A DNA stretch of 64,000 nt from a virus (lineage: Duplodnaviria > Caudoviricetes), in IMG/VR virus record IMGVR_UViG_3300028048_000039, positions 96,001 through 160,000 of that record; one strand, given 5' to 3'. Both the position numbers and the translations under genes were made by a program. Positions 27,807 to 37,905 of the stretch are shown here, piece after piece (position 1 is the stretch's first letter; every line of letters starts with the position of its first letter). The notes under the pieces are model-generated. The model was not told the DNA's origin. It was given only the letters and a program-made list of their open reading frames with translations, and ran no database searches.

Positions 27807-29382
27807 ATGAAAGTAAAACTTAAGAAACTTAATGAGAATGCACAACTCCCGGTTAAAATGAAGGAGGGTGACTTGTGTTATGATGTCTATGCAACATCAG
27901 AAGAAGAGGTAAGTCCAGGTGTATGGCAGTATGGGCTTGGTTTCTCTTATGAGATTGTAAGGGATGAAAATCAGATACCACACGGAAATCCACCTGCTTT
28001 TGGTGGTTTTATGTGGCATAATCACTTTAATAACCCAATTTCAATTTCTATTGACCTGCGTCCAAGAAGCGGAATTTATAAGACAGGAATGGTACTAGCG
28101 AATGGACCGGGAACCTTTAACGAAAAAAAATATTTATTCTAATGTTTCTTTTTCATTTATCATACTATTTATATTAAAAACAATTTAATATGATAGTAGA
28201 GTATAAATGTAAAAATTGCGGTAAAACTTTTTTAGACCAGCACTATGCTGATAGAATTTTTTGCTCACCGAGTTGTTTAAACGAATATAGAAAGAAACAC
28301 CCAGAAGCAAGAGCAAAAAGAGGCGAAGGTGACAGTAAAGTAAAAGTAAAATGCGCTGAATGTGGTAAAGAGGAATTAGTGGCACCAAGTAGAGCAAAAC
28401 ATTATGTTTGCTGTTCAATAAAATGCTCAGCCGAATATAAGAAAAAACAACGGAGACAAAAAGTTGAAAAGATTTGTCCTATTTGTGGAAAACATTTTTT
28501 CGTAAAAAAATCACAGGAGAAACGAAGAGTATGTTGTTCAAATGTATGTGCCGGAAAATATAGAACATTACATTTTTGTGGCGAAAATAATAGTAATTAT
28601 CGTGCATATACAATTGAGAATGGTGTTAAGTCAAAAACTTATAAGAGATATAAAGAGCCATATAGAAAAATAGCAAGAGATGTTTTAGGTGTGAAAGCAG
28701 TTCCAAAAGGTTATGATGTGCATCATAAAGATGCTAACGAAAATAATCATTCTGTTGAAAACCTTGTTGTGTTACCAAGAAATGCCCATATGCTAATACA
28801 TCGGTGGTTTGGAAATATTTTGATAAACGCCTTACATACTGGAAAAATAAGCAGAGAACTTTTCTTTTCAATGTGTAATGATGAACAAAAAAAGTTTTAT
28901 AAAGAAATAATAGATTTAAATATTACTCATCAAGAGGTTGTAAAACAGGGTGAATTGCTGGAAAAACCTGAAGAGGCCAATCAGCAGCCAAGCATATATA
29001 GAAATATATTTGAAGGTTCAACGACTAATGGACGAGTCTTAACAGATAATGCTGAAGATAGTAATTCCGACACGAGTGCCCTGCCTACTATAAAAAATAG
29101 TAGTGATGATATAGTCTAAACTGCGCATATAACTTAAAATGAAAGTGCAGAATTATGGGATAAAGAACCCATAAGATAATAAATTGAGATGAATTTTATC
29201 GTGGTGAAGCAAAGGCCACTTTCTATCACATAATGAAGAAGTTACCAAGATATAAGGTTGGTGATAGGGTTGGTCAGATTAAACTCGGTATCGCTATCCC
29301 TATGGAATTTGAGTGGGTAGATGAAATCAACGAAGAAACTGAGAGGGGAAAAGACGGATTTAGTAGTACAGGAAACAAGTAA
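27807..29382 (+). CDS. dut: Trimeric dUTPase, spliced (exon 1 27807-28117, exon 2 29187-29382; 168 aa)
   Basis: Exon 1 has CYDV, RPRSG, NGPGT; exon 2 has DEFYRGE, VGDRVGQ, TERGKDGFSSTG; the join gives GT-L(TT/A)-DEFYRGE. Confidence 0.9.
28118..29186 (+). mobile_element. Group I intron
   Basis: 5' exon ends in U; IGS GAGGTT (28934-28939) pairs AACCTT with a U.G; P GAATTGCTGGAA, Q AATCAGCAGCCAAG, R GTTCAACGACTAA, S GATGATATAGTCTA; P3 CAGGGT/GCCCTG; terminal omega-G at 29186. Confidence 0.9.
28190..29119 (+). CDS. Intron-encoded HNH homing endonuclease with zinc-finger repeats
   Basis: Three CxxCGK...CS..C units; YDVHHKDANENNHSVENLVVL...H...H. Confidence 0.85.
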   Translation: MIVEYKCKNCGKTFLDQHYADRIFCSPSCLNEYRKKHPEARAKRGEGDSKVKVKCAECGKEELVAPSRAKHYVCCSIKCSAEYKKKQRRQKVEKICPICGKHFFVKKSQEKRRVCCSNVCAGKYRTLHFCGENNSNYRAYTIENGVKSKTYKRYKEPYRKIARDVLGVKAVPKGYDVHHKDANENNHSVENLVVLPRNAHMLIHRWFGNILINALHTGKISRELFFSMCNDEQKKFYKEIIDLNITHQEVVKQGELLEKPEEANQQPSIYRNIFEGSTTNGRVLTDNAEDSNSDTSALPTIKNSSDDIV

Positions 29383-30068
29383 TGGAAAAGGAAAGACAGA
29401 AAATATGGTTTACATCAGATAGTCACATAAGTCATGCGGGTATCTTATACTTCCACCCAAAAAGAAGAGAGGCGGCGGGTATTACATTAGAGGAACTGCA
29501 AGAAGACAAGGCACTTGCAATTGCAAAGCATGATGAGTGGCTTATTAACCTTTGGAACAGTACAGTCAAGAGGGAAGATACCATCTATTTCCTCGGCGAC
29601 TTTTGTTTCGCTAATAAAGTAAATACTGAGAAAATTCTTCAGAAGTTGAAAGGAAAAAAGCATCTTATCTTAGGGAATCACGATAAATCGCTCAATGGTC
29701 TTGAGAGGTATTTTGAAAGTGTCTCACAGATAAAGGAAGCGAAGTTTACGAATAATCAATTTCACTTCATTGACCCGAATGAAACTTTTTGTGTTGAAAT
29801 GTGTCATTATCCGTTGCTTACTTGGAACAGAAGACCTCACGGTACCTGTATGGTGCATGGGCATTGCCATGGGGCTCTGGACGAGATTAATAGAGTGACA
29901 AAAGAATTGAGGGTTGATGTAGGTTTTGACGGCACACTCGCAAATCACTCATTTATAGAGTTGGAAACACTTTATAACTATTTTTGTGAGATAAGGGATG
30001 CCGCTGGGTGTAAGACCTTCCAAGAATATAATGAATACTTAATGGAACAACAAAAAATAAGAATGTAA
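29382..30068 (+). CDS. Calcineurin-like metallophosphoesterase
   Basis: TSDSH, LGDF, GNHD, CHYP, HGHCH. Confidence 0.88.
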   Translation: MEKERQKIWFTSDSHISHAGILYFHPKRREAAGITLEELQEDKALAIAKHDEWLINLWNSTVKREDTIYFLGDFCFANKVNTEKILQKLKGKKHLILGNHDKSLNGLERYFESVSQIKEAKFTNNQFHFIDPNETFCVEMCHYPLLTWNRRPHGTCMVHGHCHGALDEINRVTKELRVDVGFDGTLANHSFIELETLYNYFCEIRDAAGCKTFQEYNEYLMEQQKIRM

Positions 30069-30082
30069 TAAATAATTGAATT

Positions 30083-30814
30083 ATGACAACAGAAGAAAAA
30101 GCAAAAGCCTATGAAGAGGCTTTGAAACGAGCAGAAGCGGCCATTGACATAGCTGCCGACAAAGATTTAGTCAAAGGTGTTGCCACAACCATCTTCCCCG
30201 AACTCCGTGAGAGAGAGGACGAGAGGATAAAGAAAGCAATCCTATCCGCACTTCGTGGTGGAATAAACACAGAGAAATATCTGGAAAAACACGGAACCAA
30301 TTATGGAGAAGTAGAGGCTTGGCTTGAGAGACAAGGCACTGGTAACAGCCACAAAGAAAATGAAGACACATGCGTTTGTTCTAATATAGAAATAGAAGAC
30401 AGCCCAAATTTTGAAGTAGGTGATTGGATTGTTGATAAAGACGGAAATTTATTCTATGTCTATGATAAGTCTGGAGACATGTATTTTCTTGAAGGAAATT
30501 TTGGTGCGCCGTTTGCTGTCCCGGTGGATGAACAATACAAATATCATATTTGGACATTTGAAGACGCAAAAAATGGTGATGTACTTTCCACTGCAAATGA
30601 AATTGTTCTGTTTAATGAAAAATTGGATGAAAGTAGTTTTTATCCTTATTGCCATATAAAACCGGCTGACAATGAGTCAGGGTGGCAATTCTTTGATGAC
30701 ACTAATGATATGGGCGTGTGGTCTTCAGATTATTTTAAACCAGCAAAAAACGCAACACGAAAGATGTTTTATCATGTGATTGAAAAAAACGGGTTTACAA
30801 CACAAAGGTATTAA
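30083..30814 (+). CDS. Modular hypothetical phage protein (PELRE.EDERI family)
   Basis: Shares modules with the 59336/61081 proteins (FPELRE.EDE.I, F.VGD). Confidence 0.6.
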   Translation: MTTEEKAKAYEEALKRAEAAIDIAADKDLVKGVATTIFPELREREDERIKKAILSALRGGINTEKYLEKHGTNYGEVEAWLERQGTGNSHKENEDTCVCSNIEIEDSPNFEVGDWIVDKDGNLFYVYDKSGDMYFLEGNFGAPFAVPVDEQYKYHIWTFEDAKNGDVLSTANEIVLFNEKLDESSFYPYCHIKPADNESGWQFFDDTNDMGVWSSDYFKPAKNATRKMFYHVIEKNGFTTQRY

Positions 30815-30831
30815 GGTTCATAAAATAACGA

Positions 30832-31392
30832 ATGCTTAATGGAACAACAAAAAGTAAGATTATGAAGGAATTAAATTCTCAATTAAAAGATTATACAGAT
30901 TATCTTTCCAATCTTGATGAAAAAGATAATATAGAGTATGTGGATGAATCCTTTGAGAAGGAGAAGGTAACCAAGTTGTTTGAAAGCATTGCTGAGGACC
31001 TAGCAAAGAAAGCTCTTGACTTCGAATATTCACCTAAAGTGGGTTCTCATCCTTTTTTGAAATGTGATGAAGAACTATCCAAGGAACTGGGCTTTGGGGC
31101 GATAACAATATGTCCTTATGTGGGAACTATCCATAATATGTGGCTAAAGTCTAATTTTATGTGGTTAAAATGTGATGAACGGGATAACTTGATTATAGAC
31201 ATTTATTATATAGACACTAATAAAGATATTGATTATATAAAGGGACTCGTTATTCAAGAGTTATTCAACTTCAAGAGAGATGCTAAGTGGGTAGTTGATG
31301 GTGTATATGATGAGAAGATGACAGAGATGAAGGATAAACTGGATGAAGAAACGAAAGAACTTATGAAAGAAATTTTTAATGGTGAAGAATAA
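30832..31392 (+). CDS. Hypothetical protein
   Basis: In-operon ORF. Confidence 0.55.
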   Translation: MLNGTTKSKIMKELNSQLKDYTDYLSNLDEKDNIEYVDESFEKEKVTKLFESIAEDLAKKALDFEYSPKVGSHPFLKCDEELSKELGFGAITICPYVGTIHNMWLKSNFMWLKCDERDNLIIDIYYIDTNKDIDYIKGLVIQELFNFKRDAKWVVDGVYDEKMTEMKDKLDEETKELMKEIFNGEE

Positions 31393-31397
31393 AAAGT

Positions 31398-32561
31398 ATG
31401 AAAATAAGAGATTTAATAGACACAGTACATCTATCATATAATTGGGATGTGATTGAGAAGATTCCTGAATTTGCAAAGTTAAGGGAATGTGAGCAGAATC
31501 CGAAGTGGCATTCAGAAGGAAATGCCGCTATACACACAAGGATGGTTTGCAATGCTGCCATTAAGACGATACCAAGTTTGGATACTGAGTGGCACAAGGA
31601 AGTTTTTCTTGCAGCAGCTTTATTCCATGACATTGGTAAAGGTGTGACAACGAATATAGGCAGAGACGGTAATTGGCATGCTTACAATCATGAGACTGAG
31701 GGAGAGAAGATTACAAGGTGGTTGCTTTGGGACGAGGATATTGCAAAGAGAGAAGCCGTTTGCTCTCTCGTAAGGTGGCACATGGAACCCCTCAATGTCT
31801 TGAAATCTAAGGATAGATTAGATAGGATTAATTTCCTGGCGCACATCGTTCCTAGTTGGCAGCTTCTCATCTACTTGAAGATGTGTGACATCGTAAGCAG
31901 CATACGTGGGGATGGTGGGAATAACGATACCGACCTGGAGTGTATGGCTGAACTTTTAAGGACGACAATGGCGATGAGTTCCTATCGTAGTGCCGGAATA
32001 CCTCTACGTGGCAAGACAGCATGGGATAAACTCCAGAAGAGCGGAAAACCTAGAATTGCAGTAAGAATGCTCATTGGTCTTTCCGGTTCCGGTAAATCAA
32101 CCTATGCAAAGAGATTTAGTGATAGTGCTTATGCAAATAACTTTGAGAATTGTGTTGTAATAAGCCGTGACTCTATTCGTGAGGAACTTGGTTTCTGTAA
32201 TGAGGGTGATAAGGTCATCCTTGATGCAAGCCAGGAGAAGAAAGTATCTGATGTATTCAATTTAAGGCTGGTTCAAGCAGCAAAGGAAGGGAAGGACATT
32301 GTAATCGACAATCTTAATCTTAAGAGAAAGTATCGTGACGCTTATAAGAACCTCTTGAAGGACTTCAATGTTGATTGGTACTATTATTATATATATGCTG
32401 ACAATATATCAATCAATCTTGAAAGAAGGGATGGTGTGATGACGGAAGAGATATTGAAGAATATGATTATGAACTTTGACTGGCCAACACCAGATGAATA
32501 TGATTACTTTGAAATGTATAACTCAAGCAAAAATGATAATGTAAATGAAAGCAAAGATTAA
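31398..32561 (+). CDS. HD-domain phosphohydrolase fused to a P-loop polynucleotide kinase (AAA_33-like)
   Basis: QNPKWHSEG..HT, LFHDIGK, HE..G; GLSGSGKST, ISRDSIR, VIDNLN. Confidence 0.85.
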   Translation: MKIRDLIDTVHLSYNWDVIEKIPEFAKLRECEQNPKWHSEGNAAIHTRMVCNAAIKTIPSLDTEWHKEVFLAAALFHDIGKGVTTNIGRDGNWHAYNHETEGEKITRWLLWDEDIAKREAVCSLVRWHMEPLNVLKSKDRLDRINFLAHIVPSWQLLIYLKMCDIVSSIRGDGGNNDTDLECMAELLRTTMAMSSYRSAGIPLRGKTAWDKLQKSGKPRIAVRMLIGLSGSGKSTYAKRFSDSAYANNFENCVVISRDSIREELGFCNEGDKVILDASQEKKVSDVFNLRLVQAAKEGKDIVIDNLNLKRKYRDAYKNLLKDFNVDWYYYYIYADNISINLERRDGVMTEEILKNMIMNFDWPTPDEYDYFEMYNSSKNDNVNESKD

Positions 32562-32706
32562 AGAAACTGGTGAGGTTGTTGAAGGCGTTCTCTGTGAGGG
32601 AAAGTACTTTGACAAGAAGATAAACAGAGCTGCTTGGAGGCGTTATCCCATCGACCAAGTGGAAATTTTAGGGGAAAATGAAGAAAATGATGAAAAAAAT
32701 TGTTAA
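32545..32706 (+). CDS. 53-aa hypothetical protein absent from the ORF track
   Basis: MKAKIKETGEVVEG...EKNC*. Confidence 0.5.
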   Translation: MKAKIKETGEVVEGVLCEGKYFDKKINRAAWRRYPIDQVEILGENEENDEKNC

Positions 32707-32782
32707 AAATTTTGTTTTTTAAAAAATCCTTTGTATATTTGCACTGTTAAAATGATTTATTAACCTTAAAACACTTGAAAAT

Positions 32783-34414
32783 ATGAACGATTTCGTAAAG
32801 ACAAACACAATGGACGCAGGCGTAAACGGCGCAATGACTGAGAATGGTGCAGTCTCTTATTCAACAATTGGAACAACACTCCTTGACCAGTTTGGCAAGG
32901 CTGGTGCTTTCCGTGGTCGTAGCATCAATGAGGTGTGGAATGACCAGTTGAAGCTTTGGGCTGAGGACCCTGAGATGGCATTGAAGTTCCCATTCTACCT
33001 TAGAATGATTACCCGCCAGACTAATGTTATGGGTAAGGGTAAGACTGAGAAGGTACAGAAGGGCCAGGGCGCACGTGATGAAGCATTCAAGAGGCTCCTT
33101 TGGGTTGCGAAATACCACCCGGTAGAGTTCTACCGTAACTTGTGGTTGCTCCCAATCATTGGTTCTTGGAAGGACCTGTGGGTTCTCTTGTCTTTCGAGG
33201 GTGCTGACGAGTATCTTAAGAAAGAGGAATTCTTTAAGGTTATCGCTGAGGGCATCGGCGATGCCGATAACAAAGACCTCGTTAAGAAGTACCTCCCTAG
33301 AATTCGTTCTAACAGCAAGTGTAAGACAGAGTGGGCGAAGAAGACCAATACCCTTGCAAAGGAATTTGCTAACAGGGTTGGTTGGGATTATAAGGAGTAC
33401 CGTTTCTTTAAGACTACGGGAAGAGCCCATAAATTCCAGACGTACATTTGTCAGGGTCTCTATTCAAAGATTGAGTGGGGACACATTCCAGGCAAGGCCC
33501 TCCTGAACCTTGTTACCGGAAAGTTCCTTGATAGACACAACCTCACTGAGGATTATATCAAGTGGCTTGAAGAGCAACCAGTTGCGAAGTTCAATGGTTA
33601 TCCATTTGAGCTTGGCGCTAAGGTTGGCTGGAATCACGAGATTTCATTGGCACAGAAGATTACCATCGACAAGCAGTTCAAGAATCTCATTGAAACCGCA
33701 AAGAAGGATGGTACTCCTATGAACGGAAACGTTCTCTGTGCCCTCGATACGTCTGGAAGTATGGCATCACCTATTTCATTTGACACCAACATTTCTGCAT
33801 ACGATGTATGCGTATCTCTGGGAGTTTATTTTTCTGAACTTAATCAGGGGGCATTCCATAATGTCGTTGCAATGTTTGATGACACTTCTGAACTTCTTAC
33901 ATTGAAGGGCGACTCATTCTGCGATAAACTTATGCAGATTAGGAGAGCTAGGACCGCATGGGGTAGTACAAATTTCCAGAGCATAATTGATATGCTGGTT
34001 CTCACACGCAAGATGCACCCAGAAATTGCACTTGAAGATTATCCAGAGACAATCTTGGTAGTATCTGACATGCAGTTCAACCCAACTGATAGTTGGGGCC
34101 ACAAAGGTAACGTCATTGCTGAGCAGTCAAATTATGAGGCTGCCATGAGCAAACTCCGCATGGTATTCCCGGAGGAGTACGTTAAGAAAGTGAAGATTAT
34201 ATGGTGGTTCTGCACTGGTCGTCACACAGCAGATTTCCCATCTACTATGGATGATGCTGGAACCTATGTAATTTCAGGTTATGACGGAGCAATCGTTAGC
34301 GCAATCCTCGGAGGTGAGGTTAAGGTTAATGAGAAGGGTGAGGTCATTCAGCCTACAATGCAGGACATTGTGAATGCTGCATTGAATCAGGAAGTACTCT
34401 CGTTGGTTTCCTAA
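32783..34414 (+). CDS. TROVE/Ro60-like protein with a vWA domain (DUF2828-like)
   Basis: TENGA, KGQGAR, GSWKDL, DTSGSM (MIDAS), WGSTNF, VVSDMQF, ISGY. Confidence 0.8.
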   Translation: MNDFVKTNTMDAGVNGAMTENGAVSYSTIGTTLLDQFGKAGAFRGRSINEVWNDQLKLWAEDPEMALKFPFYLRMITRQTNVMGKGKTEKVQKGQGARDEAFKRLLWVAKYHPVEFYRNLWLLPIIGSWKDLWVLLSFEGADEYLKKEEFFKVIAEGIGDADNKDLVKKYLPRIRSNSKCKTEWAKKTNTLAKEFANRVGWDYKEYRFFKTTGRAHKFQTYICQGLYSKIEWGHIPGKALLNLVTGKFLDRHNLTEDYIKWLEEQPVAKFNGYPFELGAKVGWNHEISLAQKITIDKQFKNLIETAKKDGTPMNGNVLCALDTSGSMASPISFDTNISAYDVCVSLGVYFSELNQGAFHNVVAMFDDTSELLTLKGDSFCDKLMQIRRARTAWGSTNFQSIIDMLVLTRKMHPEIALEDYPETILVVSDMQFNPTDSWGHKGNVIAEQSNYEAAMSKLRMVFPEEYVKKVKIIWWFCTGRHTADFPSTMDDAGTYVISGYDGAIVSAILGGEVKVNEKGEVIQPTMQDIVNAALNQEVLSLVS

Positions 34415-34434
34415 TTGGAAACTGTAGTGAATGA

Positions 34435-34470
34435 AAATGGCGAGTCGTTTGACCCGCCATTTTTGTTTTT
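34435..34470 (+). terminator. Rho-independent terminator
   Basis: AAAATGGCGAGTC-gttt-GACCCGCCATTTTT. Confidence 0.75.
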
Positions 34471-34553
34471 TTTTTTCATAATTAATCTATTTTTTTATAA
34501 AAAGTTTTGTATTTTTTATAAAAATTATATATATTTACAGAAAAAAAAAAAAA

Positions 34554-34958
34554 ATGGATAAACAAGCAAAAGAAAAAATCAAGAACCTTATTGGAGAGGG
34601 TAAATTGTATGAAGTAGAGCTTTATAATGATGAAGCCGCCTTATATACAAACGAAAAAGATTTTAATTTTAGCTCTGACCTCATTCGTCTTACTTATTTT
34701 GATGAGGTGACTAATACTGAATCTCCTATTGTTAATCATATTAAAGAGTTTTTTGGGGATAATGAAGTTAGAATCATTGCCTATTCAGACCATTATAGTA
34801 ATATAGATGCGCACAAAACCCACTTCATGTTTAAGCGTTTTAATAAAATGTCATGTGTACCAGATACTGATTGCTATTATATCGTCTCAACACCGAACAA
34901 AAAAGGGAAGATTAAAAACTTTAACCTTCCCGATAGTATGTTCGTTCAAATTTTTTAA
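34554..34958 (+). CDS. Hypothetical protein
   Basis: ORF behind an early promoter. Confidence 0.55.
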   Translation: MDKQAKEKIKNLIGEGKLYEVELYNDEAALYTNEKDFNFSSDLIRLTYFDEVTNTESPIVNHIKEFFGDNEVRIIAYSDHYSNIDAHKTHFMFKRFNKMSCVPDTDCYYIVSTPNKKGKIKNFNLPDSMFVQIF

Positions 34959-37204
34959 TTCTTATATTTAAAATTAGTGTTATATACCCCCTTTTCTCCA
35001 GACTTAGATGTTGGTAGTAAAATCGGTATTGCACCTAGTGTTACTTTCTTTGACATCTGTCCGAATGTAATCGGTATAAGATTTTCAATACCATTTTCTT
35101 TAGCAAGATAACATATATCTGAAAGTGTTGCTCCACCGGAAATATTGTCGTCAAATATAATAAAAATACTGTCTTTTATATTATCTGCTTCTTCGTCAAA
35201 TTTCTCGTCGTTCTTGCTATAATATCCAAGAAGACCCATCCTAACATTGTCAGGAAGTTTTTTGATTTCAAATTTTTTTGGTTCCCATCTTGCAAGGTCT
35301 ATTTGCTTGAATGGCTTTCCGTTAATATCTTTCATACCTTTTAAATATGGCTCCACTGTTTCCCAAGTGTCCTTGGAGCGGCTTTTAATAGACGGACCCT
35401 TTGAATATTTAATTGCAGACAAGAGTTTTTCGTCTTTTTGATGACTAATTTTACCAGTTTCGTAGTTATAATACTCACCTAATTCCAAAACGGCTTGATA
35501 AGTATTGTAATAATCCATATATAATTTTGCAAGCTTTTCTTCGTATGTTTCTACCTTTATTGCATTACGTCTATTTCTCAGGGCAATTATCTCCTCTGCT
35601 ATATCTGAAAGTTTTTCAATATATTCTTTTGCGTCATTAAATGCTTGAAATTTAGATAGCGCAGTATCTAACATTTGATTACTTGTTGCACTCACACCCT
35701 CTTTCTTTTTTGTGTAAGCAATAGAGTCATAATACTCCTGGTTTTTCTTAATAAAGGTCTTATCAAGTCTTAAGTTTGCTAAATCTTTATTGAAAATTTC
35801 TGGATTTATAACAGTTATGCCCTTTTTAAAGCCACCTATCGGCACCATTTTTTCTTTAAGTTCTTTTGCCATTTCTATATTAAAATTACTTGAAGAAGGC
35901 ACAGGATAAATAGCAACTCCCCTAAATTTAGCTGTAGGGTTTTTTTGTTTGATTTTCCCAATATGATAATTAACAACGGCGTTAACTTTTGCAGAAAATG
36001 TGTTAAGGAAATCGTTGAATTCTTGTTCTTTCATTCTCAATTCATATTCTTCTTCATGACCCATTTTGTCTTTTAGCGTAACATTAGTCTTTTTCTTGTT
36101 GTCAAAATAATTTTTGAAAAAGTGCATTACTCCAGTACCGTTTATTGATGTGATATTATACGACATAATGCCGCCTTTTAATGGCACTTCATATGTGTCA
36201 GCCCCAGAGGTATTATCCATCTTATCTGTTCGCAAAAAATCATTACCGGCATTTTTTAAACGTTTTCCCCAGGCTTTGCCTTTTTCATAATTAATTTGCA
36301 AAGTTTTATGCTTGCTATCCTGTGAGCCAATATAAGCATCTTCTTTCAATGCCTTTCTGGCGGCGTAGCCAGTTTTTGGGTGATTGATTAACCTGTCATA
36401 AAACCATTGTTTATTCGTGTCGTCCTTGGCCTTACTCCAGCCCTCAACCTCGCCCATCTTAGACATTACATTTTTGTGTGGATATTTTGGCTGGCCCTTA
36501 GTTGACATTCCTATATTAATTTGACTCTTCTCGTCATCTAAATCATACTCCCCTAAGAAATCATCAGTAAATTGATTTATCTTATTTGCAATATAACACC
36601 CGATAGCACCAGACCTCGATTTACCCTGATGGCAATGAACAATGAATTTGACATTTTCGCCGAATGTCAGGTTATTATCAACAAAAGTTTTCAACTCATT
36701 AGCCATTTCATTGGTGAAGTCCTTGCCGCCTTGATAATAGAAGGTCATTGACTTTCCAAATCGATTTTCACCTGGAGACAACTTTACAGCCGTTGCTGGC
36801 GTTTTTCCGTCAAAACCATCACCTTTAGGCATTTTGTTATCAAACTTCTGGTTGTCATCAAATTCAAGCTTGAGAACATTCTTATGATTTTGCTTAAAGA
36901 AATATTGTTTATTCGCATAATAATCATCAATGTCATCATCATTTCTCAATGGTAGTTCGGCTTTGACCCTATTGTAGGAATCACCAACCTCAATAAAACA
37001 ATACTGACCGGCAACTTTTTCAACATTACTGTCATTAACATTTAAACTTTTACATATTTCCCAAAAGTCTTCCAACGAACAAATAGTAACATTAGACTTC
37101 GTTGCCAACGTCTTAATTTCGTTGGTTTTTGACTCCATAAGATTTTCGATAACACTAGCCACCAATTTTCTTATATCGCTTTCGCTTATAATAACCTTTT
37201 TCAT
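34955..37204 (-). CDS. Late protein fusing a Cys-based (CX5R) phosphatase to a phosphoribosyltransferase-like domain
   Basis: IVHCHQGKSRSGAI; IYPVPSSS and IFIIFDDNISGGATL; late motif at 37226. Confidence 0.7.
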   Translation of the reverse strand: MKKVIISESDIRKLVASVIENLMESKTNEIKTLATKSNVTICSLEDFWEICKSLNVNDSNVEKVAGQYCFIEVGDSYNRVKAELPLRNDDDIDDYYANKQYFFKQNHKNVLKLEFDDNQKFDNKMPKGDGFDGKTPATAVKLSPGENRFGKSMTFYYQGGKDFTNEMANELKTFVDNNLTFGENVKFIVHCHQGKSRSGAIGCYIANKINQFTDDFLGEYDLDDEKSQINIGMSTKGQPKYPHKNVMSKMGEVEGWSKAKDDTNKQWFYDRLINHPKTGYAARKALKEDAYIGSQDSKHKTLQINYEKGKAWGKRLKNAGNDFLRTDKMDNTSGADTYEVPLKGGIMSYNITSINGTGVMHFFKNYFDNKKKTNVTLKDKMGHEEEYELRMKEQEFNDFLNTFSAKVNAVVNYHIGKIKQKNPTAKFRGVAIYPVPSSSNFNIEMAKELKEKMVPIGGFKKGITVINPEIFNKDLANLRLDKTFIKKNQEYYDSIAYTKKKEGVSATSNQMLDTALSKFQAFNDAKEYIEKLSDIAEEIIALRNRRNAIKVETYEEKLAKLYMDYYNTYQAVLELGEYYNYETGKISHQKDEKLLSAIKYSKGPSIKSRSKDTWETVEPYLKGMKDINGKPFKQIDLARWEPKKFEIKKLPDNVRMGLLGYYSKNDEKFDEEADNIKDSIFIIFDDNISGGATLSDICYLAKENGIENLIPITFGQMSKKVTLGAIPILLPTSKSGEKGVYNTNFKYKN

Positions 37205-37337
37205 AAAATTCTACATTTATTAACTATAAATAGTTAATTTTTCCCAAATTTTTTGTATATTTGCGTAAGAAGATGGAATAATCCATCTAGAAATCGTTTT
37301 GTATTTTAAGATAATTTTTGTATATTTGCAAAAAAAT

Positions 37338-37655
37338 ATGATGAAGAATATTGAAGAAATTAGGTTAGAAGCTGCCCTCACCTGTATTCAAGGGATACTT
37401 GAGGCCAAGGGTGGTATCATTGGTGAGGTAGACCCAGACATTGCGGTTAAGGAGGCATTTAGAATTGCAGATGCCTTCGTAAAGCATTATCAGGAGAAGT
37501 ACGTCCAACCAAAAGCAAACGAGGAAGCTGAGAAGCTGAGTAAGATTGCACAAGCTTGGTCTAAGGATTGGACTTCGGTAACAGTAAATGCAGAGGGATT
37601 AACTTATACAATAAACAACCCAGACAGAGAGAAAAATAAAGATAACATTATATGA
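37338..37655 (+). CDS. Hypothetical protein
   Basis: Start reset downstream of tandem early promoters (37256, 37321). Confidence 0.55.
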   Translation: MMKNIEEIRLEAALTCIQGILEAKGGIIGEVDPDIAVKEAFRIADAFVKHYQEKYVQPKANEEAEKLSKIAQAWSKDWTSVTVNAEGLTYTINNPDREKNKDNII

Positions 37656-37903
37656 GAAAAGTAGTTAAAGAAGTTCCTGGTGACCCGTTCTATCAGGAGG
37701 AAAGTAAAAGTTATGTTGCCAAGTCTCATAGACCTTGGGAAACTTGTTATGTTGTAATTGCCAATGCTCATGGGGATTACCCTGAGATGTGTGGCGGAAT
37801 GTATGATACCATGGAGGAAGCCGAACAATCCCTTGCCTTTGAACCCTATGGCGGAAGGATTGAGGTGACCACTTGGGGAGAAATGACTGAAAGGAGCATA
37901 TAG
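37652..37903 (+). CDS. Hypothetical protein
   Basis: ATGA-coupled ORF. Confidence 0.55.
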   Translation: MRKVVKEVPGDPFYQEESKSYVAKSHRPWETCYVVIANAHGDYPEMCGGMYDTMEEAEQSLAFEPYGGRIEVTTWGEMTERSI

Positions 37904-37905
37904 AT

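Noticed and set aside
27807-28142. Truncated dUTPase pseudogene (as in the ORF track)
   Set aside because: The missing motifs are present in exon 2 after the group I intron.
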